Source: Eukaryota sp. TZLM1-RC (taxonomy: Eukaryota > Protista > Metamonada: BaSk clade). From it: a stretch of 64,000 nt of DNA. Below are positions 1 to 12,279 of this stretch, one piece after another. The position numbers were made by a program, and so were the translations under genes. The stretch spans positions 396,501-460,500 of the forward strand of contig JAUPSS010000007.1 of the NCBI GenBank assembly GCA_040285825.1, in the 5' to 3' direction. The notes beneath the pieces were generated by a model. The model was not told where the DNA came from. It ran no database searches and saw nothing but the letters and a program-made list of their open reading frames with translations. The number at the start of each line of letters is the position of its first letter. The first letter of the stretch is position 1.

Positions 1-382
1 TTGATCTCTCAAACCGTTTGAGTCAAACGTCATCAATTTTAATTTTAATACGGTGCTTTCTGCGTAAGTCAGCAGCAATTGTTACTTCTACGAAAGTAAT
101 ATACAATCGCAATACAGAGACGCTTGATGGAATATTTCAAATCTGTTGCTGACAGCTATAAGTTATAGTGTATAACTAAGGTTAATACAAAGCTAGAATG
201 ATCATAGCCAATTTGGGACTGCTGGTTGTTTTGAGTGTCTGTCCATGGACAATCCTGTACAATCTTGAATTGATTTGATTGAGTTTAAAAATCATCATTT
301 TCTCATCTTCCAGTAACGACCTCACACTACCTACCTTCTACACAAGAAGTCACCACTTTACTACCCAACCACTTCCTGTTCA

Positions 383-1381
383 ATGCCTCTTTTTGGTAAA
401 CGCAAATCTGTAGCAGATTACATCAAGAGACTCAGCGAGGCACTCTCGAACATTCCGAACATTAGTGACGAAACTGCTCTTCGCACAATTCACCATGAAA
501 TAAACAAATGTTCACATAACCTCCGTGACATGCTCTACCACGCCGAGGACACTGCCGCTACTGACAATGAAGCTGTGACCGAATTCATTAAACACAATCT
601 CGTTAGACTCATACTTTCAACATTCACTTCACTGGAGTTTGAAGCTCGTAAAGACATCATTTCTGTCCTCTCACACTTACTTTGCGACACTCTCTTTGTC
701 AATCATCTGCTCTCTCTGCCCGACGCGTTCTCATCCATCATGACCCTTTATACCAACCCCAGCCTCACAATCCATACAGGTACTTTTATCAGGGAGGGGG
801 TTGTCAAATCAAGTGCCATTTGCAATCATTTTCTAACAATGGACACTATGAATTTGTTATTTGGCTTTGTCAATGTGGAATCTTTTGATATCTCCTCTGA
901 CGCTTTTTCTACTCTTAATACTCTTCTTACTTCACACAAAGATATTACTGCTGATTTTATTAATGCTAATTATACTGATTTTTTTAAAGGATTTGAAGGG
1001 TTGATTTTGTCAGAAAATTACGTCATTCGACGTTCATCTTTGAGATTGCTGGCTGAAATTCTACTCGAAAGGTCTTGTTTTGAGATAATGACAAGATTCA
1101 TTAGTGAAATGCATAATTTGAAAGTTGTTATGAATTTGTTGTTGACAAAAAGTCGACACATTCAGTACGAGGCTTTTCATGTTTTCAAGATATTTGTGGC
1201 TAATCCTAATAAGACTAGTGCCATTGAAAATGTTTTGTGTAGAAATTCACAGAAGTTAGTTTTGTTTTTGGAGAAATTTCATTGTGATGGGGATGATCAG
1301 CTTGAAGAGGAGGTTAGTTTGTTGATTAAAGAAATTCAAATGATTGGGGGTACTTGCGAGGAAGAGCAAGATAGTAATTAA
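383..1381 (+). CDS. MO25: MO25 / calcium-binding protein 39 family scaffold
   Basis: Intact 332-aa ORF with family motifs MPLFGK, LEFEARKD, FDISSDAFST, SENYVIRRSSLRLLAEILL, IQYEAFHVFKIFVANPNK. Confidence 0.95.
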   Translation: MPLFGKRKSVADYIKRLSEALSNIPNISDETALRTIHHEINKCSHNLRDMLYHAEDTAATDNEAVTEFIKHNLVRLILSTFTSLEFEARKDIISVLSHLLCDTLFVNHLLSLPDAFSSIMTLYTNPSLTIHTGTFIREGVVKSSAICNHFLTMDTMNLLFGFVNVESFDISSDAFSTLNTLLTSHKDITADFINANYTDFFKGFEGLILSENYVIRRSSLRLLAEILLERSCFEIMTRFISEMHNLKVVMNLLLTKSRHIQYEAFHVFKIFVANPNKTSAIENVLCRNSQKLVLFLEKFHCDGDDQLEEEVSLLIKEIQMIGGTCEEEQDSN

Positions 1382-1811
1382 TTTTAGATTCAAATTATGT
1401 AGTTTTTGAGCTATAAAGTAATTTTTCTGTTAATTTTCTGTTTATTTTGTTTATAATTTGAGTTTTTATGATATTATTTCTATTTCTAAACTTAAATGAT
1501 GATGATGAACTTCAAAAAACTGTATTTGTTGGATTGTTCAATTGAACAATCCAAATTGAAATTGCTTGCACCCCCTGATGTGGCTAAAGAGCATTTAACA
1601 TTAAAATTGAAAAGCTAAAAAATAAAAAAGTAAATCACAAAAGTAATCAAGAGAATTTAGCTTTGAGTACCTAATTTGCACTTGTGTTTGCTGATTAATT
1701 GATTTTGTCTTAAGTTAAGACTCTTAACCATTGAATTTTCCCAAGCTTAATTCCAGAAAAATGAGTGTTTTATTGACAAATAGGTGTAAAAAAAGCTTGA
1801 AAATCCTGAAA

Positions 1812-2310
1812 TTACGCATTTTGATAAGACATAATCTTGTCAATCCTACCCTGATGTCTACCTCCCTCAAATTCAGTGGTCAAAAACTTCTCCACTATAT
1901 CAGAAGCTACATCAGGAGGAGTGGTACGTGCACCCATGGCAACAATATTGGCGTTATTGTGGAGTCGAGCATAGGATTAGATAAGCAGAGAAACATACCA
2001 TTTCAGCAGTATAGACATCGTAACAAAGAGCACAACGAACACCTACGTGTTTGTTTGCTGCCATACAAATACCAATGCCAGAACCACATATGACTATACC
2101 CATAGCCTCTTTAGGGTCAGGAAGAGATCCATCAGGAGTCAGTTTGCGTAAAGCGACGACAACTCCGTGAGCAGCATCTGGATAATCATACTTCTCACCA
2201 CGAGCTGGACCTACGTATTCGATAACTTCATGACCAAGATTATTACAAACAACAGTGAGCAATTCTGGAATATCACCAGCAGCGTGATCGAAACCGATAG
2301 CTATTTTCAT
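1812..2310 (-). CDS. rpiB: Ribose-5-phosphate isomerase B, two exons (2310-1999, 1970-1812), 156 aa
   Basis: Exon 1 has IAIGFDHAA, DYPD and ICGSGIGICMAANK..GVRCA. Removing 28 nt (1998-1971) restores the canonical C-terminus ARLHNNANIVAMGART...TEFEGGRHQGRIDKI. Confidence 0.93.
1971..1998 (-). other. 28-nt spliceosomal-type intron in rpiB with GT...AT ends
   Basis: Minus-strand sequence is GTATGTTTCTCTGCTTATCTAATCCTAT: canonical GTATGT donor, branch-point-like CTAAT close to the 3' end. Removal restores frame and homology. Confidence 0.8.
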
Positions 2311-2431
2311 TATGGGTATGTAAAGAGATGTAGGAAGTGGGAGATGTTATTTGGTAAGAAGGTTAAACTGACTCAACTTTATAGAAATATGCCCATTTCT
2401 GTATGTTAGAATTGACGAATTTATGACTGAA

Positions 2432-2527
2432 GCTGAGAATTTCACACAAAGTGAATATTGAATAAATATCCCTAATAATTGTGTAAACTTCTCAGCACCA
2501 AGGGTTAGTATACACTAAACACCTTGG
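2432..2527 (-). ncRNA. Candidate Fanzor omegaRNA scaffold (two adjacent hairpins)
   Basis: Starts ~20 nt past the Fanzor stop. Hairpin CCAAGG..TTAGT-loop-ACTAA..CCTTGG at 2498-2527 abuts a long imperfect stem GCTGAGAA.TT(C)ACACAA / TTGTGTAAA.TTCTCAGC at 2432-2496. Confidence 0.45.
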
Positions 2528-2547
2528 AAATACGTTGATTAAAACAG

Positions 2548-4412
2548 CTACAGCTGTCTCCTTAGACGTCTCACACGCCTTGGCCTTCTGAATGGTTCTG
2601 GCCTAGTACCAGTGAAATACTCACTAATTGGAATCTCCAGCTGATTTCTGGAGGCTGAGATGTCTCTAGACCAGTTGGTCTGACATCGAGGACAATCAAA
2701 CTTAGCGTTATTTACCCTTCCGTCATCATGATAGATCTTTCTATGAAAGACCTTACAGCAATTCACTTTTGCTGAGGTCATAAACTCGTCCCCGACTTTG
2801 ACGCTTTCAAAGTGTTTTTTGATTTGTTTGAGAAATCTCTTTCGGGGGGATTTCACAGATTGACGAGATGGACCACCACCGCCATTGCCGAACCAAACTA
2901 TAGTGTTTCTTCCTTCAGACAAGCGTTTAATTTTGTCAATAAAACTAGTTAGTCTCTTTTGTCTTCGTATGAAGAAATCAAACTTATTTCTTCTCAGCTT
3001 TTTTCTTGCACCACGCTGCAAATTTCCAGACATAATTGAAGCATATTCAGGCTCTTCCTCAGATTCAGGAACATAAGGTAAACTTATTTCAATCAGATAC
3101 TCTTGGAAGCTCTGAGCGGAATAAGTGTTAGGAGTTGCTTGAGTGAGAGGAGGGGGGTGATTCAGTCTTCGTTCTTTTGGATTCAGTAGCAGTCCAGAAC
3201 GTTCAGAAACATTAGCAGAATTTCGGAAAGAACCAGCAGTCCAACCACAAAGATTGCTGTGGTTGGGATCAATGGCTACAAAAAACAAATTTTCATCAGG
3301 ATCTCTGTAATTGGGCTGTTGTTCCACTGGTAACCGCGGTCTTCTCTGTGGATTTGCTGTTCTATGGACATTGGATTTTCGTTCCTTTCAGAGTTATGAA
3401 AATCATAATTTCCAGAGGCTCGCCTGGGCTCAAATTCCGCTTTATTTGGCCTATTATAAGTTTTTCTTTCCTTCTGGGTAAACGTAAACCGCAAGGAATC
3501 ACCATTCGAAAAAATGGTATAGTTAATAAATTTCGATTTATAAAAAAACCGATTAGGGTTGTTCAGAAGCTCTTTGTTTGCATTTAGTTTTGTGAAATAA
3601 GCTTCTGCTTCTTTAGTCAAGCTGCAGAAGCATGGAGACCAACTGGACAGTCGAGAGAGAGTGCCTTTTCATCACATCAGGGCAGTTATCTTCTAAAAAA
3701 GATAAAATGTTCAAGCCAGATTGAACGATTGTTGCAGCAGACTCCATATTGATAGGAAACCGTTCGTTTCTTATTGAATTTTCGAACAAATTTTCACCGC
3801 CACCAATATAGGCGTTGGCTGTCATATTGAGCCAATGGACCAAGATATGCTGGTGTATTTCTTGATACCATTGTAAAATTGACTCATCTGGCTGAATCCC
3901 TTGAAGTACACAGTCGGCGTATTTCTTGGGCCAGGGGCAATTAGAAACTGAGCACAGCTTTTGAAAAAATTGCGTTTCCAGACGACAGGGCCGTCAGCGA
4001 GCGACTGACAAAAGGCTTCTCCCAGTTGGATGGCTCGACTGCCAAGAAGAGTGGAAAGACACCAAAATCTACCACCGTCGGCTGAGCTGGTTTCATTCAG
4101 CGGTCACCAGGGCCAAAAGTGCTGAACAAGGTGTTGCAGCGCTTGGTCAACCAAAGGATGGTTTTCAAATGGCCTCCTTTGTTTAGGCTCACTTTGGCAA
4201 ACAAAGTCGAAACAGAGGCTCCAGAACTGGCTTTGAGTAAGCCACATTGAGTGTTCTGGGTATTGGAGCACAAAGAGTCGTGCTAGGTGAGTAGCACGAG
4301 CTCCAATACTAGCAAGAACTTGGAACTGGCGTTCCATTGCTTCTTGTGCCGCTGAGACGAAGAACTGGTTGACAGAAGCTCCCACAGTTCTAGTTTGTAG
4401 AACGTTATCCAT
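2548..4412 (-). pseudogene. Fanzor1-type (TnpB-like) RNA-guided nuclease, full length (~620 aa) but broken by one stop and about three frameshifts
   Basis: Consecutive ORF pieces 4104-4493, 3613-3843, 3276-3620 and 2548-3327. Motifs: WED-like IFSNGDSLRFTF, RuvC-I FFVAIDPN, VWFGNG, RuvC-II GDEFMTSAK, Zn finger CC...CPRC, RuvC-III WSRDISASRN, terminal RPEPF. Confidence 0.85.
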
Positions 4413-5621
4413 GGCAGTCAACACAGAACGGAAACAGTCAGAAATGATTGAAAATTTGTTTCCTAAAATTGAAAATTTGTTGAAGTCAATCAATCTTATA
4501 GCTGTCGATTCAAAGTAAAGTTAGTTACAAGTGTTTATTAATGAGACATATCGTTCAAGATTACTTTCTGAATATTTTCCTTTCTTCAGACAAGAACTAC
4601 ATGTTACAAAAGTTGGTGAGTGGAGTTTGGTTGGGTTGTCATCATTGCCCAGATTCGTAATTGAATTTCATTTCATCACTTACAACATTTCATCATTTAC
4701 TCTACTACGAACCTCCTCCTACGAATCCTTGCTTGCAGCTACTACCACTCTTTATGTCGGAAATTGAGAATCACTTTTATTTTAAGTAATGTTTTTTTCT
4801 TCCTTCCTCTATGGAATATAACCATGAATACAAGATTGATTCTGGAATCAAATCAAATATAAAAGTCTCTGCTATGCAGGGGCACTTATTTCGTAGAATG
4901 ATCAACACAGAGCTCTTACTACATTGTCATAGGTCCCTTCCCTCAAGTTCTTTTGTGGCTGCCTGAACTTCATATGAATCAGTCTGGCTGTCTTCCCTCT
5001 CTTCTATTCCTGATGTTCCACACCTTGTATTAAAGCTACAGAAGAGTCTACTTCCTGCATGTTTTCATCCTCAGTTCCAAAACTTTTCCAAACACTGGTT
5101 TTCACTACTCAACACTGATTGTGACTTATCCCATGCTTCGGCAATAGTAATCCTCCTTTGCTCAATTAAACCATCATTCATCACCCCATCATGGAATCAT
5201 GATCGGCAACTAATTGTCTCCCTTTTGTACAAACTAACAACCTGAACCCTGCCCCACCCTTTCCTTCTTTCTCTTTATCAACGTCTCTCTACCCTCGTCA
5301 CTTGCTTCCGTCCTTTTTCTGACCCCCCTCCCCTACTGTCTCAAATTCTATTGCTGAATGACAGTAGCAATGGATGGATCATTATAAGCAGAGGGGCAAA
5401 CAAAATAATTCAACTTTTCAAATTATTCAAATTATTCAAGGTCTTCCCATTCGATAATTTTACATTTTGAGTTATAGAAAACGAGCTAGTTCTATTCATG
5501 TGGTACATCTTAAGAAATTTCCAGAACTTTCCGTGTATGGTGTGAAACAAATGGTGATACTCAATTTGTAATTGAAGATGATTCTGAACTACAAAAAAAT
5601 AAGGAAGTAAAATACAGCTCG

Positions 5622-8036
5622 TCAAAATTGTTGTTTATTTTCATTTACAAAGTCACCAAAAAGATCAATCAAATACCTATAAGCTGGATACTGAATCCAC
5701 CATGGAAAACAAGATAATTCAACTAAATATTCATTCTTGATGAGTGTAACAGATTCAATTAAACCTTGATTCTTAAACTTCACTGAAGATAAGGAAGAAC
5801 CTGATAGGCGGGACTCACCAACTTCAATTAATTGAATAAATTTCAAAGAGGGAAAGATTTGTTCAGTAATATTAGTAGGAACCATGCGATGAAGTATCAA
5901 TTCCTTCAAATTTGGAAATTGAAATTGTATAGGCAAATTACATACATATAACTTCAATCTCAGAATGGATTGAGGTAGAGGTATTTCGCCCGTGACAAAA
6001 CGTGCTGAAAAAAAACGAGAAAACAGCATCAACTCTTTCAATGATGTGAGATAACTTAAATCAGTACTCTCAAAACCCATATTTCTAACAACTAACTTTA
6101 CTAGTGAAGTGGGTAATTGTGTCATTGTAAGTGGATAAGCAAGCTCCACAATTTTTAGATTTGATAAATGTCCCATGTTTATAGATCGGCTTCTATAGTT
6201 TCTGCATATTCCACCAAATTTAACAACCTCAACATTTGGGAACATAAACAATAATTGTGGGTCATAATCAACACCATCACAGTAAACATCAAGTTTTTTA
6301 ATTCTAGTATTAATTACATTGGGACCATTATAAACAGTAGATAATTGTAGTTGTAAATCACAAATATTTTCATTTACTTCTAACTTTTGAGGATCTTTTA
6401 AAATCAAACTGTTTTGAATTGGATGATCAGTAAACACTTCTCGAGCAAATTGAGCTACCCTTTTACTAATACAAGATTTGGTGTAAAATCTTGCTTTAAC
6501 ATATGGATGATTACCAAAGAGCTCTTGCAAATAATTCAAATATTCCCAATAAACACGCTTAATCAGAACACTAAACATTCTATTCAAATGTTGTTTTGGA
6601 TATCGGAAACTGCCAAGTATTTCAGACCCAAATACTTTGACAGGTTGTCGTCGATACATCAAATCACCTGTACCTAATTGACCTTTATGATTGTTTCCCC
6701 AAGCCCAAACAGAGTTGTTGTTGTAGGCAAAAAGGAAGTCTCCGCCAACAGCAATACTTTCTCTATTAGTGAAACATATTGGTTCATTGATATCAACGTA
6801 AACATCGCTACTTTGAGGCAACCGACCCCAGGCAGAAACATTACCACCAATGTCAGCTATTGCAAAGATTCCGATATCCCTGTGATGAAAACCACCTATA
6901 TAAGCAATATTTGTTAAACAATCTACTTTGGTAGGTTCATTATTAAAAGGCACTGTATCATCCATTTTGAACTGCCAAACATCACCATTAACGTCAATTA
7001 TAAATAAAGAAGTTGACTTCCTCATGCTTGCAACCAAAAAAAACGAACCCACATTCGCGGGACTTTTTAAAGTTAGATAACTAGTGACTGGTATCTGAGT
7101 TAACTGAAACCTCTGACTTTGTACAGGATGTTTAACATAACAAAAGAAATTGCTGTGCCCATCAACTGCAACGAACATTTGGCCATAAACCGAAATGGTA
7201 ATGATATTGTTTAAACCGCAAATTAATTCAAGTGAATTAAAACATCCCCATTTTAAAACTTGGCCTTCTTGTGTCAGAGCAAATGACAATGCGTGGCCAG
7301 CAAAAACCTCTTTAATACTATAAGGAATACTTATCAAAGTAGTTGGTAGCGATAGTTCTTGTGACAAATTGATTTGCTTGCACGTGTTCCTGCCCCAACC
7401 AAAAATGTTGCCTTCGGAAGAGAGAGCAAGGGAATGGTCAAATCCGGTCGAAATGGAGATAATGTCATTTAGCGGAAGCTTGACAGGAACAAGGATTTCC
7501 CGAGGACCATTGTAGACAACTTGACTCCTGTTATTATTTCCCCAACCATAAACATCACCAGAATATGTGAGGAGAAGGGAATGCGAACATTGTAGATGAG
7601 ATACAATACGCTTAACCCCCAACATCCTTTCTGATTGATCAGCAAAATAGGGTATGCTTGAAGTCGAATCGCAATTGGTGGGAATCGTTGGAGAGTTTAC
7701 AACATCAATTTCATGATTCAGCAAGTCCACACAGTCACTGGACGACGAAGCATAACTAGATGGAGAAGGCGATGAACAGTGAGAATGGCGCTGAGCGATA
7801 AGAAAGAATGTAACATCATGGGGAGTGGGGTGAACACGAGCTTCAGCTGCGTGGTTGAAGTTATATCTTATATATTGAGGAGTGTCTCGTCTTCTGTCTA
7901 ATTCATCAGCTACTGGATCAATAGACGATAGATCGACAGGAAGGCTTGTGGAGCTCAGAGTGTTGTATTCTGTTGGACAACAAGGAGAGGTAGAACAGTC
8001 CCTAAGCACGGTGTCATGATCTTGGTTGCGACTCAT
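5622..8036 (-). CDS. RCC1-repeat + LRR-like family protein, copy 1 (ATG probably 8036)
   Basis: RCC1 motifs HSLLLTYSGDVYGWGNN, STGFDHSLAL, VWAWGNNHKGQLGTGD; C-terminal LPxSLxxLxL-type repeats. The ORF extension to 8120 overlaps a retroelement. Confidence 0.85.
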   Translation of the reverse strand: MSRNQDHDTVLRDCSTSPCCPTEYNTLSSTSLPVDLSSIDPVADELDRRRDTPQYIRYNFNHAAEARVHPTPHDVTFFLIAQRHSHCSSPSPSSYASSSSDCVDLLNHEIDVVNSPTIPTNCDSTSSIPYFADQSERMLGVKRIVSHLQCSHSLLLTYSGDVYGWGNNNRSQVVYNGPREILVPVKLPLNDIISISTGFDHSLALSSEGNIFGWGRNTCKQINLSQELSLPTTLISIPYSIKEVFAGHALSFALTQEGQVLKWGCFNSLELICGLNNIITISVYGQMFVAVDGHSNFFCYVKHPVQSQRFQLTQIPVTSYLTLKSPANVGSFFLVASMRKSTSLFIIDVNGDVWQFKMDDTVPFNNEPTKVDCLTNIAYIGGFHHRDIGIFAIADIGGNVSAWGRLPQSSDVYVDINEPICFTNRESIAVGGDFLFAYNNNSVWAWGNNHKGQLGTGDLMYRRQPVKVFGSEILGSFRYPKQHLNRMFSVLIKRVYWEYLNYLQELFGNHPYVKARFYTKSCISKRVAQFAREVFTDHPIQNSLILKDPQKLEVNENICDLQLQLSTVYNGPNVINTRIKKLDVYCDGVDYDPQLLFMFPNVEVVKFGGICRNYRSRSINMGHLSNLKIVELAYPLTMTQLPTSLVKLVVRNMGFESTDLSYLTSLKELMLFSRFFSARFVTGEIPLPQSILRLKLYVCNLPIQFQFPNLKELILHRMVPTNITEQIFPSLKFIQLIEVGESRLSGSSLSSVKFKNQGLIESVTLIKNEYLVELSCFPWWIQYPAYRYLIDLFGDFVNENKQQF

Positions 8037-8106
8037 TGGATGTGTGATTCTATCACACCCTGTTAAAATGAATGAATAACCAAAATTTGTGAAATGATTT
8101 TCAATT

Positions 8107-8655
8107 ACCTCTGCTGTCAAATCTGTTTGATGCTGAAAATGATTTTCATAAGAATAATAGAGGTAATGTTATATTACCTAAATTAGATGGAAGCTTCATT
8201 TTATTGGATGTAATGTCTGTTGATCCTTCTAATGCCTCAAATGAAAGGCTAGTTAATTCTGAAATTCATAATCCCCTTTCAAATGCTGAAAATTTTAAAC
8301 TCAAAAAATACAATGAACCTTTGTCCAAATTGGCCAGTCTACAGCATGCAATATACAATTTGTATCCATTTGTATTTTCCCTTTTTGGTTCACTTGCACT
8401 AACTGCTTTACGTTTTTTGGATGATTTTGAAATGATTGTAAAGAGAAGAACTGGCAGAAATTTCAACAGATTGTTTTGGCAAAATAGAATTGTGTTTTCT
8501 ATTTTTAAGGGGATGTTGAAGATGGTTTCTGATGCTTTGCTTTCTTTTGGATCTCACTATGAGAAAGTTGCAACTAGTGTTTTTGTTCTGGGAGAGATGG
8601 ATTTTTTAGATGTTGATTAATAGGTTTTGAATAAAATTAAAATTTTGTAAAAAAA
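8107..8655 (+). mobile_element. 5'-truncated RLE non-LTR retrotransposon, family A
   Basis: Near-identical to the 3' part of 62307-63409 (DVMSVDP...K..KY..FSLFGSL...FWQNRIVFSIFK), with an A-rich tail. Confidence 0.85.
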
Positions 8656-10604
8656 TTTGTCTACCATTCAGAACTTTAAGAATTTCAAGGTTATGAGGCA
8701 TCTAATTACCAGTAATAGTCTTTATTTGTGAACAGTTTTAATACAATTTTTGTGTGTGTTTTTATGTTGAATTTATTCATTTTCTATAATGACATCATTT
8801 GTTTGACTCTAGAAATTAACTACATGTAATGAATATGAGATACGGTCGCACCGTTTAACACCTTCGAACCCCTTACAACACCAAAACAGATTTTCAGCTT
8901 CTATTTACAGGCGGTGATGTGAAAACGCTCTGATAATGTGGTTTTTTATTGTGCTGAAATTTATAAAAAAAGATTAAATAACAATAATTCACAAAAAACG
9001 ATTTATAAAACAATTCAACAACAATTACTCCACCATATACAAATAGTGTTTTAAACGCTACAATTGAAAAGCAGGATTATAAAAATATCCATCTAATTTG
9101 GGTAATTGACCATTTAAATCAACATAACCTGAACCAACCTCCTTCAGATTGATGGTGTAATTGATGAGATCAACAGTTATTTCCATTACATCACCTTTTA
9201 CCCATTTGGTTTAAGTTCCTGAAGTGTTGATGAAATTACCGTGATTATAGCAACCATAGACATCACAGGCTTTCAATCCAGAAGATTTAAAATTGTTACC
9301 ATCAATAACAAAAATAAGATGTTTTCAAAGGGGACGTGTGGTCTATGATTGTATTTGTCAATGTTATTAAAATTCCACCTACCCTTTTAAATGGTTCGAA
9401 AATGATTGCCAAACAGGTAATAACACTTACATTGGATCTTTGTAAACAAATATTGCTTCTGCTGATGACATCAATCTATTCGGTAGATCAGAATCATCTC
9501 TCCTCTTGCTCTCCCAAATATTGTTGTCTGGTCTCGAATGGACTAATTGTGTAATTGTAGGTGTACGAAGATTTGGTGCTCTTTGTTATTCATTATTATA
9601 TTAATATTATATTCTCTTGATTGAGAAAGAAATCGATTGACAAATACCCGAATTCGTTAGAAAATTATTTCCAAATTAAATAAAGATGAAATTCAAAGAA
9701 TGGACACATTTATGCAGCGTAAGGTACAATTTTTAATGACCTATATCATATTAAACTCAGAAAATATGAACGCTGATCAACTATGTCTGTCCATCTTAAT
9801 CGAAGAAACATTAAGTTTGCAATCAGTTTCTGCTTGACTGTACTATTGATGAACTAGGATGAGGATTCATACCACGGTAGATGTAATGAGATTTATTACA
9901 TAGGCAAAAAGGTTTTTTGTGAAAAAATTAAGAGCGCAGTTATATAAGAAACTAATATAGACTATTGACTAACGAATTATAAATTATAAACTATAATAAA
10001 CTATGATATGCAGCTCACCAAGGCTAACACTACCATTTCTCCTTTTCGAGCGTCCAGGCCTAGAAGAGACAACAGCAACTGTACTGTTGGAGTTACCATT
10101 AACGCGGCCACTGGCACACTTCCAAAAACTTAACCCTCTACTTTTCAAGGAGCAAAATAAGAAATCATCGGGCGCCTTTACTGTTGAGCTCAGAAGAAGA
10201 TGACGAGGAAGATATTATCTGTGATGAAAGTGTTATTGATTAGGTTTGAGTACAAACAAACAATAATTTAATAAATTTAGTTATATTATATTTCCCGAGA
10301 TTTGGAAACCAAAACTGATTTGAATTAATTGATTTTCGATTCCTAATTCTGATGTAAATCATCATTCATAAACTTTGATTGAAAGATGTAAGGCCACGTG
10401 ACAATGTATCCCAATATAATTTAATAATATTAAGGGTATTTTATTTTGTCTGTAAAGGTATTTTATTAATCTACAAACAGGTCTGTACAACTGCAAAGAG
10501 CAACGCAACAAAATCGACCTTTGATCACCCAATATAATATAAACTACGTGAGAGGCAGTAGGAAAAACCACAACAATAAAGGGAAAATTTCACTAAATCT
10601 AACA

Positions 10605-11057
10605 TTATAAAGGATTTCTAACAAAATGGATATGGACAAGATTCAAAACCAAAGACTTCAACTCTTGAACCAAGTCTACAAAACACCCCAGACCTTTTGG
10701 ATCTCTACTACCTTCAATTTCAGCCAAGCTAAATTGCTTAGCTGTTTCAAAACAAATATGGTAGTTCCCACTAACAATCTCCAGCTCTGTTTTACCGATC
10801 TTGTTTGCGAAAGGCCATAGCGAGTCATCTAGATCAACAATGCGTGAGTTGTCAACCATTTGACGTAAAAGGGATATCACAGCAGGAGAAGCCTGTAGCT
10901 CTCGCTTTATAAGGGCTTCATTCTTGTACTTAGAGTTGTTGCTGTATAGTATTGTTCCATTATCAAATATCTCAAACTCAAGAAACTCATGGCCTACAGC
11001 CCGTGCATAATGACCAAGATATACACGAGCATAGAAGGTATCATCTGTAGAACCCAT
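10605..11057 (-). CDS. MAGOH: Mago nashi (exon junction complex core protein)
   Basis: 150 aa with FYARVYLGH..GHEFLEFE, YSNNSKYKN, DDSLWP, ELEI..HICFETAK, SRDPKGL. Confidence 0.93.
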   Translation of the reverse strand: MGSTDDTFYARVYLGHYARAVGHEFLEFEIFDNGTILYSNNSKYKNEALIKRELQASPAVISLLRQMVDNSRIVDLDDSLWPFANKIGKTELEIVSGNYHICFETAKQFSLAEIEGSRDPKGLGCFVDLVQELKSLVLNLVHIHFVRNPL

Positions 11058-12279
11058 AGAGATGTTAAAAGGCTTTTCAGATAGAAGATGTTCAACAAAC
11101 TAAACTTTGGGAATTTTCCCAAATGCTCAACAAATTCATTTGAAACCGACAATATATGAATGATTCATGAAATGAAAATAAGTCATAATTAAAACCATAG
11201 ATGGGCAATACACCACCTTGCCCTTGTATTAATACAGATACAGATACAGAACACGTCACCATTTTATGTATTTTTTTGTATTTGACATGTATTCCGAGTA
11301 AATAACACCTGTATTCTAACAAACACCATTCTACAACAAAAAAATTATTCTACACCTGAAATACCAGCTTTTTCAGTTGCTCCAACATTGTGTTTCTTTC
11401 CGAGTTGCATTAGCTTTGGAAAAGGCCTGACCACATCAACCACATATAATGCTCATGTTGGTAGAGTTTTACTTGTTTTGGATAAAGCACATATCCCAAA
11501 GAGGATTTTCGGATTTAACATTGTTACGTTGAAATCCAGAAAGACGTGGAGGATTTAATACCCGAAGATGAAGAACGACTCAGAAGAAGAAAAACACAAA
11601 TAACCGGTTTGTATTAATACAAATTTAAAATACTAATATTGAAGAATTCAAGTATTTGTATTTTCCATCTATGATTGAAACGATGATCTTATCTTACATC
11701 TCTTCACCTGCTTCAAATATGAGACGACTTACATCGTTTTGTCACATCATTTTCAATCAAATGTTCAATAACGTACATCCTTTGACTGAAGTGCATTGGT
11801 CATCCAATTTGCCCTGAAACTTAGTGCATAAATAGAAAAATTGCAGCTACTTCATAAACTGATTTGCATTGTTTGTATTGCATGATGGTTATAAGGAAGA
11901 TGTGTTGAGATTTAATGTGAACAACATAAATTTCGGCGTTTGTTCCTTGTCTTGACCCACCCAGTGATTAAGAAGTTTGATCAATTTTGGATTATTTTAT
12001 AAAATCATCTTGATTGTTATTGCTGCTTGATTATTTAGAAACCTTGCTGAAAAACTGTCCCCTTTTTGACATAAAGAATAGGGTCCATCTAGCTACCCTT
12101 AGCTTTGTATTCTTTTCTCACTTACTCAATATTTTAAATCAAAACGGTCTCAGGAAACAAGCTTTCTTAAGTGAATGTAATAAGAGATAGAGGGAAGTTT
12201 TTATTGATTGCAACTTGAATAAATACACTACCAAATGAATATGCAATCACTGAACAGTTGTCTCAATTTATTGCTTTAA

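Noticed and set aside
1731-2093. Short ORFs antisense to or overlapping real genes (e.g. 1731, 6414, 17954, 24468, 29845, 46008, 56130-59919)
   Set aside because: Shadow ORFs. Their recurrence reflects the DNA duplication, not coding conservation.
4640-4670. Possible left TIR of the first Fanzor element (ATTCGTAATT vs 2409-2420)
   Set aside because: Short, gapped, AT-rich match with no TSD.
9000-12150. Coding-like decayed stretches around mago nashi (also 4780-5240, 13600-14900, 60400-61300)
   Set aside because: Multiple stops and no motif I can identify; a translated database search is needed.
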